From NCBI GenBank assembly GCA_030704615.1, contig CM060733.1, forward strand, positions 74,896,001 through 74,960,000: a DNA stretch of 64,000 nucleotides. The letters are read 5' to 3'. Below are positions 63,700-64,000 of the stretch, piece after piece. Position 1 is the first letter of the stretch. Each line of letters starts with the position of its first letter. Both the position numbers and the translations under genes were made by a program. The notes under the pieces were generated by a model, which saw only the letters and a program-made list of their open reading frames with translations, was not told where the DNA came from and did no database searches. Source of the stretch: Takakia lepidozioides (Eukaryota > Plantae > Bryophyta).

Positions 63700-64000
63700 G
63701 TGCAACCTCCAAATGGTGGTGGTCGCAAAATTTATCTTATTTTTTAATAGTGCGACCACCAGCAAAGGGGTTGTCACAGCATTTTTTGTTTTTAAAAAAT
63801 AGATGCGACCACCAGCAGGGGTGGTCGCATTTTTTTCTTTTCTTAAACAGTTACGACCACCGCTACTGGTGGTCGCACAATTTTTATTTTATTTGTAATA
63901 GGTGCAACCACCATCAGGGGGGTGGTCGCAACATTTTTCTATTTTTTAATATCTACGACCACCAGCATGGGGGTGGTCGCAGCATTTTTTTTTTAATAGG
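63700..64000. repeat. Array of palindromic TGCGACCACC-n-GGTGGTCGCA units with A/T spacers (~50-bp period), probably transposon subterminal repeats
   Basis: Six units are visible and the array continues off the window end. Confidence 0.8.

Noticed and set aside
63700-64000. CRISPR-like palindromic repeats with spacers
   Set aside because: The context is eukaryotic, the repeats are degenerate, the spacers are low-complexity A/T and there are no cas genes. The TGCGAC core matches CACTA subterminal motifs.

Overview
Eukaryotic nuclear DNA from a plant. The spliced genes, many PLS-class PPR fragments and a self-priming Tcn1/Tf1-like chromovirus suggest a seed-free plant (bryophyte, lycophyte or fern); this is inference. 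One intact host gene dominates: a 23-exon RAPTOR on the + strand (31103..47242). The rest is nested, mostly decayed mobile DNA: two Ty3/gypsy elements, a Ty1/copia remnant, LINE remnants, CACTA ends, a foldback element, satellite arrays, a ~4.6-kb tandem unit with an unidentified gene, and captured host-gene fragments (CDC20, PTI1, OSB-type PDF motif). The strongest candidate for an undescribed system is a ~7.4-kb CACTA transposon (15201..22603) that carries a compact, uninterrupted SET-domain (lysine methyltransferase-like) ORF and no recognisable TnpA. A ~500-bp non-coding module just downstream of that SET ORF recurs downstream of an intronless kinase ORF at ~50 kb, hinting at a shared pool of transposon-borne enzyme cargo. 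A second candidate is a PLS-PPR array joined to OSB-type PDF ssDNA-binding motifs. All calls are by eye, without database searches; boundaries of decayed elements are approximate.
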